Positions 28,409-41,769 of a DNA stretch of 64,000 nucleotides are shown in pieces. The number at the start of each line of letters is the position of its first letter. The first letter of the stretch is position 1. Source of the DNA: Eledone cirrhosa. Its lineage: Eukaryota. The position numbers and the translations under genes were made by a program. The notes beneath the pieces are model-generated. The model did not search any database and was not told the origin of the DNA. It saw nothing but the letters and a program-made list of their open reading frames with translations. The stretch is from contig OZ024759.1 of assembly GCA_964016885.1 (NCBI GenBank), forward strand, positions 35,278,001 to 35,342,000. Direction: 5' to 3'.

Positions 28409-29574
28409 TGGTGGTGGTGTTAAACCAGAGCAAGATTTTGGTCCTTAACTCCCCAACACACATCCTCACCCTCACACCAGATAATGCCCTCTCCCTTCCC
28501 TCACCATCACCCTAGGGAATGTATCCCCTCCACCACCCTCACACCAGGGAATGGTCCCCTCCCGCACTCCTCACAGCAGGGAATACCTCCTCTCCCCTCA
28601 CACCAGGGAATGTCACCACACAACATCTCTCCATCATTCCACCACCATCACCACTATTACTACCACCACCACCACCACTACCACCACCACCATTACTATC
28701 ACCACCACCACCACCACTACTACCACTACTATCACCACTACCACCACCACCATTACTATCACCACCACTACTACTACTATCACCACCATCACCACTATTA
28801 CCACTACTATCACCACCACCACCACCACTACTCTCCCTGTGTTGTTTGCTCCAAAAATCCCAGCACACACTTTGCCAAATAAAAAAATGGGGCTGAGGGT
28901 ATGAGAGCAAGGGCAGCAGTCCTAACCCCTTATTCCCCCCCCCCCCCGTTCAAAACCATACAGCTGCTCCAGGGACTCCCTCTCCCCCCTCCTCACACTA
29001 TTCCCAGAACTATAGAATTGTTTTTTTTCTTCTCTTTTTATGAATCATTGTCCTTCTTAACACTGGCTTGGAGAGGGAAGGAACTTTCAGCTGGACATAC
29101 ACAGACACATATGGACATACACAGACACATATAGACATACACAGACACATATAGACATACAGACACATATAGACACACAGACACATATAGACATACACAG
29201 ACACATATAGACATACAGACACATATAGACATACACAGACACATATAGACATACAGACACATATAGACATACACAGACACATATAGACATACATAGACAT
29301 ACACAGACATACATAGACATATATATACACTCATATAGACATACACAGACACATGTATATATACACTCATATAGACATACACAGACAAATGTATATATAT
29401 ATATATATACACTCATATAGACATATATATACACACAGACAGATATACACACACTCTCATATATACATAGGCATATATATATATATACTCTCATATAGAC
29501 AGATATATATATATATATATATACTCATATATACATAGACACATATATATATATACACTCTCATATATACATAG

Positions 29575-29609
<35 letters not shown>

Positions 29610-29704
29610 CTCTCATATATACATTGACACACATATATATACTCTCATATATACATAGACACACACACACACACATATATATATACACTCTCATATATAC
29701 ATAG

Positions 29705-29742
<38 letters not shown>

Positions 29743-30094
29743 TCTCATATATACATAGACACACACATATATATATATATACACTCTCATACAGACATAC
29801 AGACATACAGGCAGATGCATACACACATATATACACACATACATACATATATACACAGAAAAACACACACACACACACATATATATATAGTAAGACCAAT
29901 ACACACACACAGAGACATACACCTCCTCTCCTATTTCTTCAGCTGGACAGACTTCACGTCTCCCTTACACTCGATGGACACAGGCGTGTGTTATATGTAT
30001 GTATGTACAGACAGGCAGATGTATGTTATGTGTATATATGTATGTATATGTTCGTAAGCAATGCCCTGGTGTATCTCTCGAAATGATCGGTGTC

Positions 30095-30376
30095 TCCATT
30101 GAATTGGTGTGTCCTGAGTGTGGAAAAATTTGCTTGAGCAAATCTGGTCTCAGAAGCCACAGTTGCAGCCATGTTCAAAGAGAACCAGTGAACTATGATC
30201 TCCACGGTGTTGTTAGGGTTCACGGGCAACCTGGCCAGGGAGATCCATGGTTGTCGTCAGTGTGTGAAGGAGTGCAAGTCTCTAGCAGGCTTGAAAAGCC
30301 ATATTCGAGCATCACACATCTGAATCTTACAAGCGATTGCAGTACTCTTGGCAGAGTTAGCAGCCATCATGTAAGT
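30095..30376 (+). mobile_element. 3' end of an RTE (BovB-like) LINE with two C2H2-like fingers
   Basis: VCPECGKICLSKSGLRSH and, in another frame, CRQCVKECKSLAGLKSHIRASH. Tail gcagccatcatgtaagta resembles that at ~18700. Confidence 0.55.
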
Positions 30377-30573
30377 ACAGACAGGCAGATATATGTTATG
30401 TGTATATAGACAGACAGATGTCTTGTACAACTGTTACCATACCACTACCACCATGAGCAGCATTGCTCTCATTAACACCACCTGACCACTGGGTACCTTT
30501 AGCAGGGGTAACAATGTTTAACACCACCACCTGGCAGTTAAGAACCAAAAGCAGAGTTGTGTCTGACAGTTGG

Positions 30574-30792
30574 TTAACCCTTTAGTATTTAAACCGGCCA
30601 GAATTCTCTCACCTCTTTCTGTTCCAACTGGCTGTAACTGGCCACTCATACTGATGTTAAGGTATTTTTCTCAAAATAAATAACATAAAAATCTCATAGA
30701 TTTGTTATTATGTGAGATAATTATGTAAGATAAAGCCTTTACCATGAAAATATAATAGTATAAATAGAGTAATGTAAATGGTAAAGGCTTAA
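30574..30792 (+). mobile_element. piggyBac-type MITE
   Basis: TTAA-ccctttagtattt...aaatggtaaaggc-TTAA; four copies in the window. Confidence 0.75.
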
Positions 30793-30862
30793 ATTACAAT
30801 AAATATTATTAAAACAGAGACCAATTACTAATATTTTCCAATAACTTGTTCTACTGCAGACC

Positions 30863-30935
30863 ACAGGGCTTTCCTGATGATTCCCTTTGAATGAAACAAT
30901 TCTAGTACTGTAGAAGCCATTTCTATATTAAATTT
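30863..30935 (+). ncRNA. Degenerate minimal hammerhead motif (pLTR family of 143/62250)
   Basis: acagggctttc-CTGATGA-ttccctttgaat-GAAACAATT-ctagtactgt. Confidence 0.4.
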
Positions 30936-31927
30936 CATTTTATAATTATATATATATAGTAATAATAAATGCGAAGACTAAAATCCAAAGAGGGCTCGAT
31001 AAGGATAAATATATATCAAATATATAAGAACCGTAGAGCAAATATAATAACAGATTAAAGTTTAAGCAAAGAATTGCAGCTATTCTTTGCTTACACTTTA
31101 ATCTGTTATTTTAAATATATATATTGTATGTATAGTGTATATACAATGTATATAACTGTATGTATAGTGTATATACAATGTATATAACACCAGTTGTGAT
31201 CTCACTGGTGCCAAGCTGTATCAACCTTTCCTTTTCCTTGGACAACATTATGGCATTGAGAGAGAAAGCTATGATACATGGTTGACCACTGGTCATCTAC
31301 CTTGACGAATCTTGTCCTACAGAGAGGGTAAACCTATGGGCAGTAACTCATGGAGGGGGGGGGGCATAACCCTTGGTCAGTCATGGCAAAAGTGGACCAT
31401 TCCTTGCAGACATACAGACCCGCCCCCCCACTGGCCAGTGATGATGAAAGGGGACAAGGGACTTATACATACCTATTCACAGCCATTAAACTATCACTAG
31501 GCCACCACCCAGCTTATTTCAACCACCTACCTTCCCATCCACCTGCTTACTTTCCTACCTACCCCTTACCTACACACCTACCTGTGAATCCTCCCTCCCT
31601 ACTTACCTGCCTATCTACCTATGTATACATCCTCCTCCCTCCCTACTTACCTGCCTACCTACCTAACTACATATCTACCCACATACCTACTAACCTACAT
31701 AGCTACCCCCCCCCCCACTCTATTCACTTCCTCTCAATTTATACACAAAGGACCTTAACACACACACACACACACATGTATATATATATATATATATATA
31801 CATGTGTGTGTGTATGTATGTGTTGATAAAACTGACTAAACCCTGATAGGCGATGCCCTAGCATGACTGCAGCCAAATGAAGGAATTTAGTGAAATAATG
31901 CACACACACACACACACACACATATTT

Positions 31928-32030
31928 ATAGGGTGTCCCCACAAAAAAAAAATACTTTAGTAGCATTCTAATAAATATTGCTGTACAGGTAATCAAAGTG
32001 TGTATACATTTTTGGGGGACACTCTGTATA
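31928..32030. mobile_element. Tc1/mariner-type MITE
   Basis: TIR-like agggtgtcccc...ggggacactctg ending in TA; a partial copy lies at ~46699-46745. Confidence 0.55.
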
Positions 32031-32244
32031 TATATACATACATATATACATACACATACATATATATACATACACAGACATATATATACACACATACATA
32101 TATATATACATACACATATATATATACATACATATAGATATATACATACACATATATACACACACATATTCATATATATATATACATACATGTATAACCA
32201 GTCATATATATGTCTTAACCGTATCGAGTGGTGATGTAATACCA

Positions 32245-33060
32245 ACATTATCAGTAGCTTATAAAATAGCCACATTATCAACAGCAGATAAAATAGCCAC
32301 ATTATCAACAGCAGATAAAATATCCACATTATCAGCTGTTGATGAGATAGCTACATTATCGGCAGCTTATAAAATAGCAACACTATCAACTCCCAATGAA
32401 ATATCAACATTATCGTCTGCTCATAAAGTAGCTACACTATCGACTGTCAGTGAAATAGCAACACTATCAATTATCAATGAAATACCAACATTATCGTCTG
32501 ATAAGATGGGTAGATTATTATGATAAGTACCTTATCGTCAGTTAGTATGATAGGGACATTACCGTCAGTTAGTATGATAGGGACATTACCGTCAGTTAGT
32601 ATGATAGGGACATTACCGTCAGTTAGTATGATAGGGACATTACCGTCAGTTAGTATGATGGGTACCTTATCGTCTGCTAATTTGATACTTTATTGTTTAC
32701 TAATAAAATGAGTAGATTACGGTCTGTTAGTAACAGAGGTAGATTATCGTCTGGTTGTACGGCAGGTACATAATCGTCTGCTAATTTGATAGGTAAGTAA
32801 TAAGCTACTAATAAGCTAGGTAAGCGATAGGTTACTAATAAAATAAGGAGGTTATTATGTACTAATAAAATTGATATATTATCGTCTGCTAATTTGATGA
32901 GCTACTAATAAGCTAGGTAAGCGGTAGGTTATTAATACCACAGGTACACTGTATACTTGTAACAAACAGGTACATTATCAGAGTGTTAATAAACACAATA
33001 GATAGTTTATAATAGTCCTAACAAGCTAAGTATAGTATCGGCTTCTGATAAAATAAGTGC
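32245..33060. repeat. Degenerate ~27-30-bp minisatellite (acattatc... family)
   Basis: Recurring cattatcgtc/cattaccgtc motifs; near-exact 30-bp block at ~32530-32670. Confidence 0.6.
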
Positions 33061-33858
33061 AGTACGATTTGCTAACAATATACCGTACATAACATATATA
33101 TATAGACTAACGTTTGAGAATCACACACAATACATTGAAGCGTGTATATAAGCGTGCCTAGTCTCTCTCTGTCTTTATGAAGCTCTCTCTCTCTCTCTCT
33201 GTCTTTATGAAGCGAGTCAAATAAGCCTAACGTGTCCATTAAAACAACTTTGCCCTGAAACTGGCTGATGACAGTCAAGAAACTATTTAGGTCATCAATA
33301 AACACAACAGAGAAGAAGAGGAAAAAGAAGAAACCATAGCGATCGTTTTTATTATTATTATTATTATTATTTAATGTTTTTTTTTTGTCACTTTTTGGGC
33401 AGATGTCTTCCAGACATTTTCTTTTCAAAGAGTTTTTGTGGTCGCCTTTCCGATTCAATGAACGCCATCTGCCAGCGAACGGGACAGGTGACTACAGTGT
33501 TCTGTGGGGCCTTGTTGGAAACTTTAGGTTCTTTCATTAGCCGGCGAGGTCAACCGTTTTTCAGAGATAGATCTCTAAATCAATCTCCTTCACCCCAGAC
33601 CCTTCTATCTCTCTCTCTCTACCTCAAACTCCTTCGCCCCATCTCTCTCTACTTCAGACATCTCTCTCTCTCTACCTCAGACCTCTCTAACCCAGGCTCT
33701 CTTCACAATCACTCTACACCACCCCACCTCAACTTTTACACTTACCCTTTTTTCCCCTATCAAATGATTCTTCCTACCCCCCCCCCCCGGTTTCAACAAT
33801 GCTCCGCACCCTGTTTACCCCTCCCCATCTCTTTCATATGCACATACACATTTATATG

Positions 33859-33920
<62 letters not shown>

Positions 33921-34561
33921 AAACAACTGATGTTCTTACATTGAGCTATTTCTCTTACTGGTAATAAGGTAGTAGGAAATTACTGACCTTTCCTGTTTAT
34001 AGTTGATTATAGTTTATACATAACTATAAATAGTATTATTATATATATACACATATACATATGTATATATATGTGTGTGTGTATGTATATATATATATGT
34101 GTGTGTGTGTGTATGTGCTTGTATTTCCATGTACTTGTAATCTCTCTCAACTTCTATGATCTATTTCATCATTTTTCTATCTACACACCACCACTACAAC
34201 TAACAACCACAATAAAAGACCCCCCACCACCACTAACAACAATAAAAGACACCCCTTCACCACTACAACATTAGGCCCTGCAATGTAATTTAACACAGAA
34301 TGTTGACAAACATCCAAAATAACAGACACATGCCAAAATAGAGAAGAGAGGAGATGGAGGAGAAAAAAAGAGGGAGAGATTGGAGGAGAGGGGATTAGGT
34401 TTAGTGAAGAGCCACAAAAGGCCCCCATTGGTCACTAATGATCATGGTTTTACAACTAGAAAGTTTCCCTCCAAGGCACAAAAACCTAGGCAAGGTTTGT
34501 TTGTGGAAGACCATCAGTTGCCCATGAACTACTGAGGTAGAAATTAATCTTCTTAAGGTGA

Positions 34562-34780
34562 TTAACCCTTTAGTATTCACATTACTCTATATATACTATT
34601 GTATTTTCATGGTAAAGGCTTTACCTCGCATAATTATCTCACATAATATCGAATCTATGAGATTTTGAAAGTATTTATTTTGAGAACAATACCTTAACAT
34701 CAGTATGAGTGGCCAGTTACAGCCAGTTTCAACAGAAAAAGGTGAGAGAATTGTGGCCGGTTTGAACATTAAAGGGTTAA
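34562..34780 (-). mobile_element. piggyBac-type MITE
   Basis: TTAA-ccctttagt...attaaaggg-TTAA; reverse orientation of the 30574 copy. Confidence 0.8.
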
Positions 34781-34847
34781 AGTAAATTAATGTTAGTTTA
34801 TGTCAGAAAATGACTGGACATTGGAGGTTGAGGGACCAATATATATA

Positions 34848-35230
34848 TCTTCTTCTTTGTTCACTTATTCCTGAGAGGACAGAGTCCTCAAACACTCCCT
34901 CCAGCAGGTCCTGTCAGAAGCAACCAGGGGGTCGTGGGGGCTGAGTCCTCAAACACTCCCCCCAGCAGGTCCTGTCAGAAGCAACCAGGGGGTCGTGGGG
35001 GCTGAGTCCTCAAACACTCCCTCCAGCGGGTCCTGTCAGAAGCAACCAGGGGGTCGTGGGGGCCAGAGACCTCAAACACTCCCCCCAGCAGGTCCTGTCA
35101 GAAGCAACCATGGGGTCGTGGGGCCAGAGTCCTCAAACACTCCCTCCAGCGGGTCCTGTCAGGAGCAACCATCACCAACAGATGTGGTTGTATCCCCAAG
35201 TGAGACCAGCCAAGCCCATGGATGTTATAC
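34848..35230 (-). mobile_element. Rex3-like LINE 3' fragment with ~5 tandem copies of a ~61-bp segment
   Basis: Unit ggggtcgtgggg...gagtcctcaaacactccc.ccagcaggtcctgtcagaagcaacca matches the 3' region of the copies at 2215, 47915 and 62794. Confidence 0.8.
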
Positions 35231-35392
35231 ATGGTATCTCTACGCCACCAATGTTATCCATGGAAAGGCAATGGCACCAGTGACATCACAACTTATCTAT
35301 ATATATATTACTAGCTGATGAAACAGTTCTAGTCCTGTAAAAGTCATTTTTATAATAAAAATCCATATGTGTGGTCATTTCTATATGAAGTG

Positions 35393-35432
<40 letters not shown>

Positions 35433-35614
35433 CATTTTCTTCTTTTAGTCCTAACTTGGTCTTATCACAGAATCTTACTTTGCTAATATATTCACTCCGT
35501 CATCTGTCAATCAAATTATAACCACACCCCTGAGAAGATAGATTTGAAAGAAATTATTTTTCATATTCTATGGAAATGGTAGAAGCTTGACCGTAGGGCA
35601 GAGAATCCTAATAA

Positions 35615-35833
35615 TGGTTTCTGATTTAGGCACAAGGCCAACAATTTTGTGGAGAGGAACAGTCGATTAAATCGACCCCAGTACATCACTGGTACTTTAT
35701 TTTAACAACCCCGTAAGGATGAAAGGCAAAGTTAACCTCAGATTGATTTGAAATTAAAACGTAAAGGGAGGCATCTCTATGTCATAAAGCATGGTGTCCG
35801 ATGCTCTACCGATTCCTGCCAAACCACAGCCCT
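35615..35833 (-). mobile_element. tRNA-derived SINE (family A variant with longer tail)
   Basis: Shared central block and tail ccttgtgcctaaatcagaaacc. Confidence 0.75.
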
Positions 35834-35981
35834 AATAATAACAACAATGTGTGTAGATATATGTAAATAAGACCCTTATTGCTCTAAACAGTCTACTTAC
35901 CTTCAATAACTACCCTAATATATATATATATATATATATATATCTTTGAGTGTGAGTGGGACCTCGATAGTGAGTGGCTAA

Positions 35982-37448
35982 GTTTTCGACAAAAATTGGC
36001 GAAACTTTCAACAATAATTGGCTGAATTTTCAACAAAAATTGGCTGAATTTTCAACAAAAATTGATTCAATTTTCAACAAAAATTGACTAAATTTTCGAC
36101 AAAAATTGGCTAAATTTCAGACAAAAATTGGCTGAATTTTCAACAAAAATTGGCTGAATTTTTAAACTAATTTGGCTGAACTTTCAACCAAAATTGGCTG
36201 AATTCTCAACAATAATTGGCTGAATTTTCGACAAAAATTGGCTAAATTATCAGCAAAAATTGACTAAATTTTCAACAAAAATTGGCTGAATTTTAAGCAA
36301 AAATTGGCTAAATTTTCAACAAAAATTGGCTAAATTTTCAACAAAAATTGACTAAATTTTCAACAAAAATTGGCTGAATTTTAAGCAAAAATTTTTCGAC
36401 AAAAATTGGCTAAATTTTCAAAGAAAACTGGCTGAATTTTCAACAAAGATTGGCTAAATTTTCAACAAAAATTGGCTAAATTTTCAACCAAAATTGGCTG
36501 AATTTTCAACAAAAATTGGCTAAATTTTCAATCAAAACTGGCTGAATTTTCAACAGAAATTGGCTAAATTTTAAGGCAAAATTGGCTAAATTTTCGACAA
36601 AAATTGGCTAAATTTTCAATCAAAACTGGCTGAATTTTCAACAGAAATTGGCTAAACTTTAAGCAAAAATTGGCTAAATTTTCGACAAAAATTGGTTAAA
36701 TTTTCAACCAAAACTGACTGAATTTTCAACCAAAATTGATTGATTTTTCAACAAAAATTGGCTAAATTTCCGACAAAAATTGGCTGAATTTTCAACCAAA
36801 ATTGGCTGAATTTTCAACAAAAAGTGACTAAATTTTCGACAAAAATTGGCTAAATTTTCGACAAAAATTGGCTGAATTTTCAACCAAAATTGACTGAATT
36901 TTCAACAAAAAGTGACTAAATTTTCGACAAAAATTGGCTGAATTTTCAACCAAAATTGACTGAATTTTCAACAAAAAGTGACTAAATTTTCAACAAAAAT
37001 TGGCTGAATTTTCAACAAAAAGTGACTAAATCTTCAGCAAAAATTGACTAAATTTTCAACAAAAATTGGCTGAATTTTCAAACTAATTTGGCTAAATTTT
37101 CAACTAAAATTGGCTGAATTTTCAACAAAAATTGGCTAAATTTTCAACAAAAATTGGCTGAATTTTCAACCAAAATTGATTGAATTTTCAACAAAAATTG
37201 ATTGAATTTTCAACAAAAATTGATTGAATTTTCAACAAAAATTGGCTGAATTTTCAACAAAAATTGGCTGAATTTTCAACAAAAATCGACTAAATTTTCG
37301 ACAAAAATTGGCGAAACTTTCATAAAAAATTGGCTAAATATTCACCAAAAATTGGCTAAATTTTAAGCAAAAATTGCCTAAATTTTCAACAAAATTTGAT
37401 TAAATATTCAGAAAAAATTGCCTAAATTTTCAAGAAAATTTGGCTAAA
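35982..37448. repeat. 22-bp A/T-tract satellite (aattttcaacaaaaattggct(g/a)), ~65 copies
   Basis: Directly visible; flanked on both sides by ttgagtgtgagtgg motifs. Confidence 0.95.
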
Positions 37449-38054
37449 TGAGTAGAGTTTTGAGTGTGAGTGGAGATTTGAGTATGAGTGGGACCTTGAG
37501 TTTGAGTAGAGCTTCAAGTGTGAGTGGATTTTTTAGTCGGGTCAGAACGATACAGATCGAACCATGAGCTGATCAGTGGCAAAACGCTCGTCACCAACCA
37601 ACGTAACGAAGGAGTAACCAATCGTACTTGTTATCTTATTTCACTATATATATATATATATATATATAGTAGTTAGTATTTTTTCACCCCATCATATTTT
37701 AGTCCTTACAATTCGAACACATGTATGTTTATATTAGTGTTCATCTTTCTTGTTTATTCAATTATATTGTACGGCTCGGAAAAGCTTTTTTCTTAGAGCT
37801 ATTTAATTGTAAGGGACTACCCTGACTTCTTAACTCAATATATATATATAATGTACATATAAGTTTTACTTTTCAAATTGCCTAAGCGAATACATACTGC
37901 ATCTCTACCTCCTAATTTTCAGTTTAAGCACATTGTTTTGTAGTAATATTTTGTCTTTATTTTTCCAACATCTTAGGTGACACCATATATATTATATCTA
38001 TCTATCTAAATGTATATATATATATGGTATAGAGCATCATTATTATATATAGAC

Positions 38055-38452
38055 AGGGCGGTGGATTGGCAGTATCGGTAGAGGGTCGGACGCCATGCTT
38101 TGACGCATAGAGTTACGTCCCTTGCCATTCTGAGTTCAAAGCCCGCCAAGGTTAACTTTGCCTTTCATCCTCATGGGGGTCGACGAAATAAAGTACCAGT
38201 AATGCACTGGGTATTTGCTGGCCTTGTGCCAAAAGTAGAAACAATTATTATATATAGCAAAGGGCGGTGGATTGGCAGTATCGGTAGAGGGTCGGACACC
38301 ATGCTTTCCAGCATAGTTACGTCCCTTTACGATCTGAGTTCAAATCCCGCCGAGGTTTACTTTGCCTTTCATCCTTCCGGGGTCGATAAAATAAAGTACC
38401 AGTAATGTACTGGGTAATTGCTGGCCTTGTGCCTAAAGTAGAAACAATTATT
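38055..38452 (+). mobile_element. Head-to-tail dimer of family A SINE
   Basis: Two full copies (38055-38248 and 38260-38452); ttattatatatag occurs before, between and after them. Confidence 0.85.
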
Positions 38453-38504
38453 ATATATAGCAAAGAAAAATTATATAAACATTTGTATGTATATATATAT
38501 ATCA

Positions 38505-38800
38505 CAACATCCAGTCCAAATGAATGAGATAATGAGATCGAGGTCGTGTAGGTGTCACGACAAAAAAACACACAGTCCACGCTGTAATGTGGCCGTGTAG
38601 GTAACACGGTAAAAAGTTCCCAGTTCCACACTGTAAATGTAGTTGGTGTTAGGAAGGGCATCCAGCCGTAGAAAACCTGCCAGATAGTCCTATATGAGGG
38701 AGAGACACGGTCACCCGACCAACCTTGCCTCAAGTGGGACAACTCCCGTCTGACCCATGCTAGCGTGGAAGATTGACGTTAAACGATGATGATGATGATG
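38505..38800 (+). mobile_element. RTE-derived non-autonomous element
   Basis: ...gttggtgttaggaagggcatccagccgtagaaaacc...acccatgctagcgtggaagattgacgttaaac(gat)n; homologous to 63128-63512. Confidence 0.75.
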
Positions 38801-39302
38801 ATATATACATACTATACACACATTATATACAGTGAAATTCCGTTTCGAGCGTTTGTTTGTTACCTTTGGGATTGAAAAAATGTCGTTATAACGGAATTTT
38901 ACTTATATATATATATGCAAATACATAAATCCGAACGTAGAAACACCTGGAATAAACACAAAGTAATTATTGAATACTCTATACATAAATAATAGACTCA
39001 GAAAACAAAACATCTCGTGGATAAGACCATCGAATTCCAACCCCCAGAGTTGTGCCCCTTTATTGATACATGCAAGACAGAATTACGTCCCTTTATTGTT
39101 TTACAATTTTTAGATCTTCATCTTCAGGGTCAATAAAATACGTACCAGTAATAAACTGGTGTAAAATATAATTTACGATGGCAACTATCTGCCTATGTAA
39201 AAAAAAAAAAAATCAATGAATATGTAAAAATATTTCGTTACAAAATACACAAAACAACGTTTTCGGCATGAAGACATTTTATTGAACTAATACTGTTAGG
39301 TG

Positions 39303-39579
39303 TGGGAGACACTATATCAGCCTAGTAGACTGTGGATGTTGAGAGATGATGGGAGACAATGTCAGCCTAGTAGACTGTGGATGTTGAGAGATGGTGGGAG
39401 ACACTGTGTCAGCCTAGTAGACTGTGGATGTTGAGAGATTATGAGAGACACTGTGTCAGCCTAGTAGACTGTGGATGTTGAGAGATTATGAGAGACACTG
39501 TGTCAGCCTAGTAGACTGTGGATGTTGAGAGATGGGTGGGAGTCAATGTTAGCCTAGTAGACTGTGGATGTTGAGAGAT
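39303..39579. repeat. ~47-bp tandem repeat, ~6 copies
   Basis: Core cagcctagtagactgtggatgttgagagat. Confidence 0.9.
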
Positions 39580-40112
39580 CAAAGTTTACTTTTTTGTGGA
39601 AATTTTCTAATAAAATGATTGATTTTAATGATTTTTCAGCAGTTTCTTTACATTTTTGTTAGTTTATTATTCTAACGAAATCAATTCTGAATAATTTATT
39701 TTTTATTATATACCGCTATAGATATACAGGTACACCACCAATGTTTTCATACCTCTCAATCCCGACCCAGGCCAGTTTATCAGTTTTGTCCGACTAATAT
39801 TTTCCTCACATTTGGTATTTGCTACGAAACCTTTACAATAAAACTTTGGTCACTCTTTAGAAACAGATTATGAAGTTAGATAGAACACGGAGTCGTATGT
39901 TGACCGCAAGTACCCTCCACCGGGAGGTCAGAGGCTCCACTTCAGTACTGACTGGTCTGTGACAACATGTCAACCCTTGCCAGCAGGGTAAAAGGACGTT
40001 AAATGATGTTGACGATGATGATGATGAATATAGCATTACGAAGATGTACACATTATCTCTACACCTTAATTACAATATAATATTATGAAGGTGTAAACAC
40101 TGTCTCTATAAC

Positions 40113-40454
40113 TTAACCCTTTAGTATTTAAACCGGTCGAATCTGACCAAAATTCTCTCACCTTTTTCTCTTCAAACTGGCCATAACCATCCACTCATAC
40201 TTATGTTATGGTATTGTTCTCAAAATAAATAATATCAAAATCTCATAGATTCGATATTATGTGAGATATCGAATCTATGAGATTTTGATATTCTCTCACC
40301 TCCTTCTGTTCAAAATGGCTGTAACTGGCCACTCATGCTGATGTTAAGGTATTGTTCTCATGAAAATCTCATAGATTTAATATTATGTGAGGTAAAGACT
40401 TCACCATGAAAATATAATGGTAATAATACAGTAATGTAAATACTAATGGGTTAA
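40113..40454 (+). mobile_element. piggyBac-type MITE with internal fold-back and duplication
   Basis: TTAA at both ends. Inserted into the TTAA of a local degenerate repeat (cttaattataa), which shows the TSD. Perfect 27-bp hairpin at 40231-40292. Confidence 0.8.
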
Positions 40455-40549
40455 TTATAACATTATCAAGGTGAAAACAGTCTCTATACCTTAATTATAA
40501 TAACAACATTATGAAGGTGTAAGCACTCTCTTCTCTCCTTAATTATAAT

Positions 40550-40715
40550 AATTGTTTCTATATTTAGCAAAAGGCCAGCAATTACCCAGCACATTACTGG
40601 TACTTTATCGACCCCGTAAGGATGAAAGGTGAGATTTGAACTCAGACTGTAAAGGGCCATATATCTCTATGCTGCAAAGCATAGCGTCCAACTCTCTACC
40701 GACACTGCCAACCAC
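40550..40715 (-). mobile_element. tRNA-derived SINE (family A)
   Basis: Same head, central and tail blocks, with small deletions. Confidence 0.75.
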
Positions 40716-41067
40716 CTTAATTACAATATAACATTATGAAGGTGTAGACACTCTCCCACACCTTAATTACAATAATATAAAGGTGCACATTTTCTGACAG
40801 TTGTACTACATTTGGAAGATAGGGGATAACTGGAAGTAAACTGCTGATAGCTAGGTAGTTAGGTGAGTGCTAATGACACATAGCGCCCTCTATGGCACCC
40901 CAGTAAACTACTCAGGTGGGTCACAGGAAATTTCAAATGTTAGTATATAATGCATTGCTAATTATACACACATCCGTCTATGGCACCCCTTACTGCCCCC
41001 CCCCCCCCCCCAACTCAAGTGGGTCACAAGAAATTTCAAATGTCTGTCAATACTTAGATGATTAATT

Positions 41068-41352
41068 ATACAGTGCCACCTATAACCCCCTCCCCACACA
41101 GTGCCACCTATAACCCCCTCCCCACAGTGCCACCTATAACCCTCTCCCCACACAGTGCCACCTATAACCCCCTCCCCACACAGCACCACCTATAACCCCC
41201 TCCCCACACAGTGCCACATATAACCCCCTCCCCACACAGCACCACCTATATAACCTCTTCACCACACAGTGCCACATATAACCCCCTCACCACACAGCAC
41301 CACCTATAACCCCCTCCCCACACAGTGCCACATATAACCCCTTATCCCACAC
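41068..41352. repeat. ~28-30-bp minisatellite (cacagtgccacctataaccccctcccca), ~10 copies
   Basis: Directly visible. Confidence 0.9.
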
Positions 41353-41769
41353 CAATAAACTACTCAGGTGGGTCACAGGAAATTTGAAATGTCAACCTAG
41401 AATTATGTGTGCATGACCCCCCCCCCCCAAAAAAAAATCCCCTAAACCGAAAATGGGGGGAATAAGACCATCAGCTGGCAGAAGAGTGAAACATTGGTGT
41501 CGTACCTGTATACCTGTAGGTGTCGCTATCAATACCTGCTAGCAGGTATTTGAAAACCTTGATACAAAGATAAACCGACAAAGTGTCACGAAAGTCATCT
41601 GAACTCGTTAAAGATTTATTTAAGGAATATACAGATTTCATTTTCAAAAACCCAGGTGACTTTTAGGACAGCCTGTACAAACAAATTGATATGTCTCGAC
41701 TATTTTAATTCATGTCATCGTAAAAGGGGTAAAAAGACCTCACCTTTGGTCATGAATGACCATAAGTAT

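Noticed and set aside
29999-30409. Host C2H2 zinc-finger gene
   Set aside because: The two fingers are in different frames and are followed by an RTE-type tail; best explained as a LINE C-terminal remnant.
35309-35345. Functional hammerhead
   Set aside because: Stem II is deleted (ctgatgaaac). It is useful only for showing the family's stem I (ACTAG/CTAGT).
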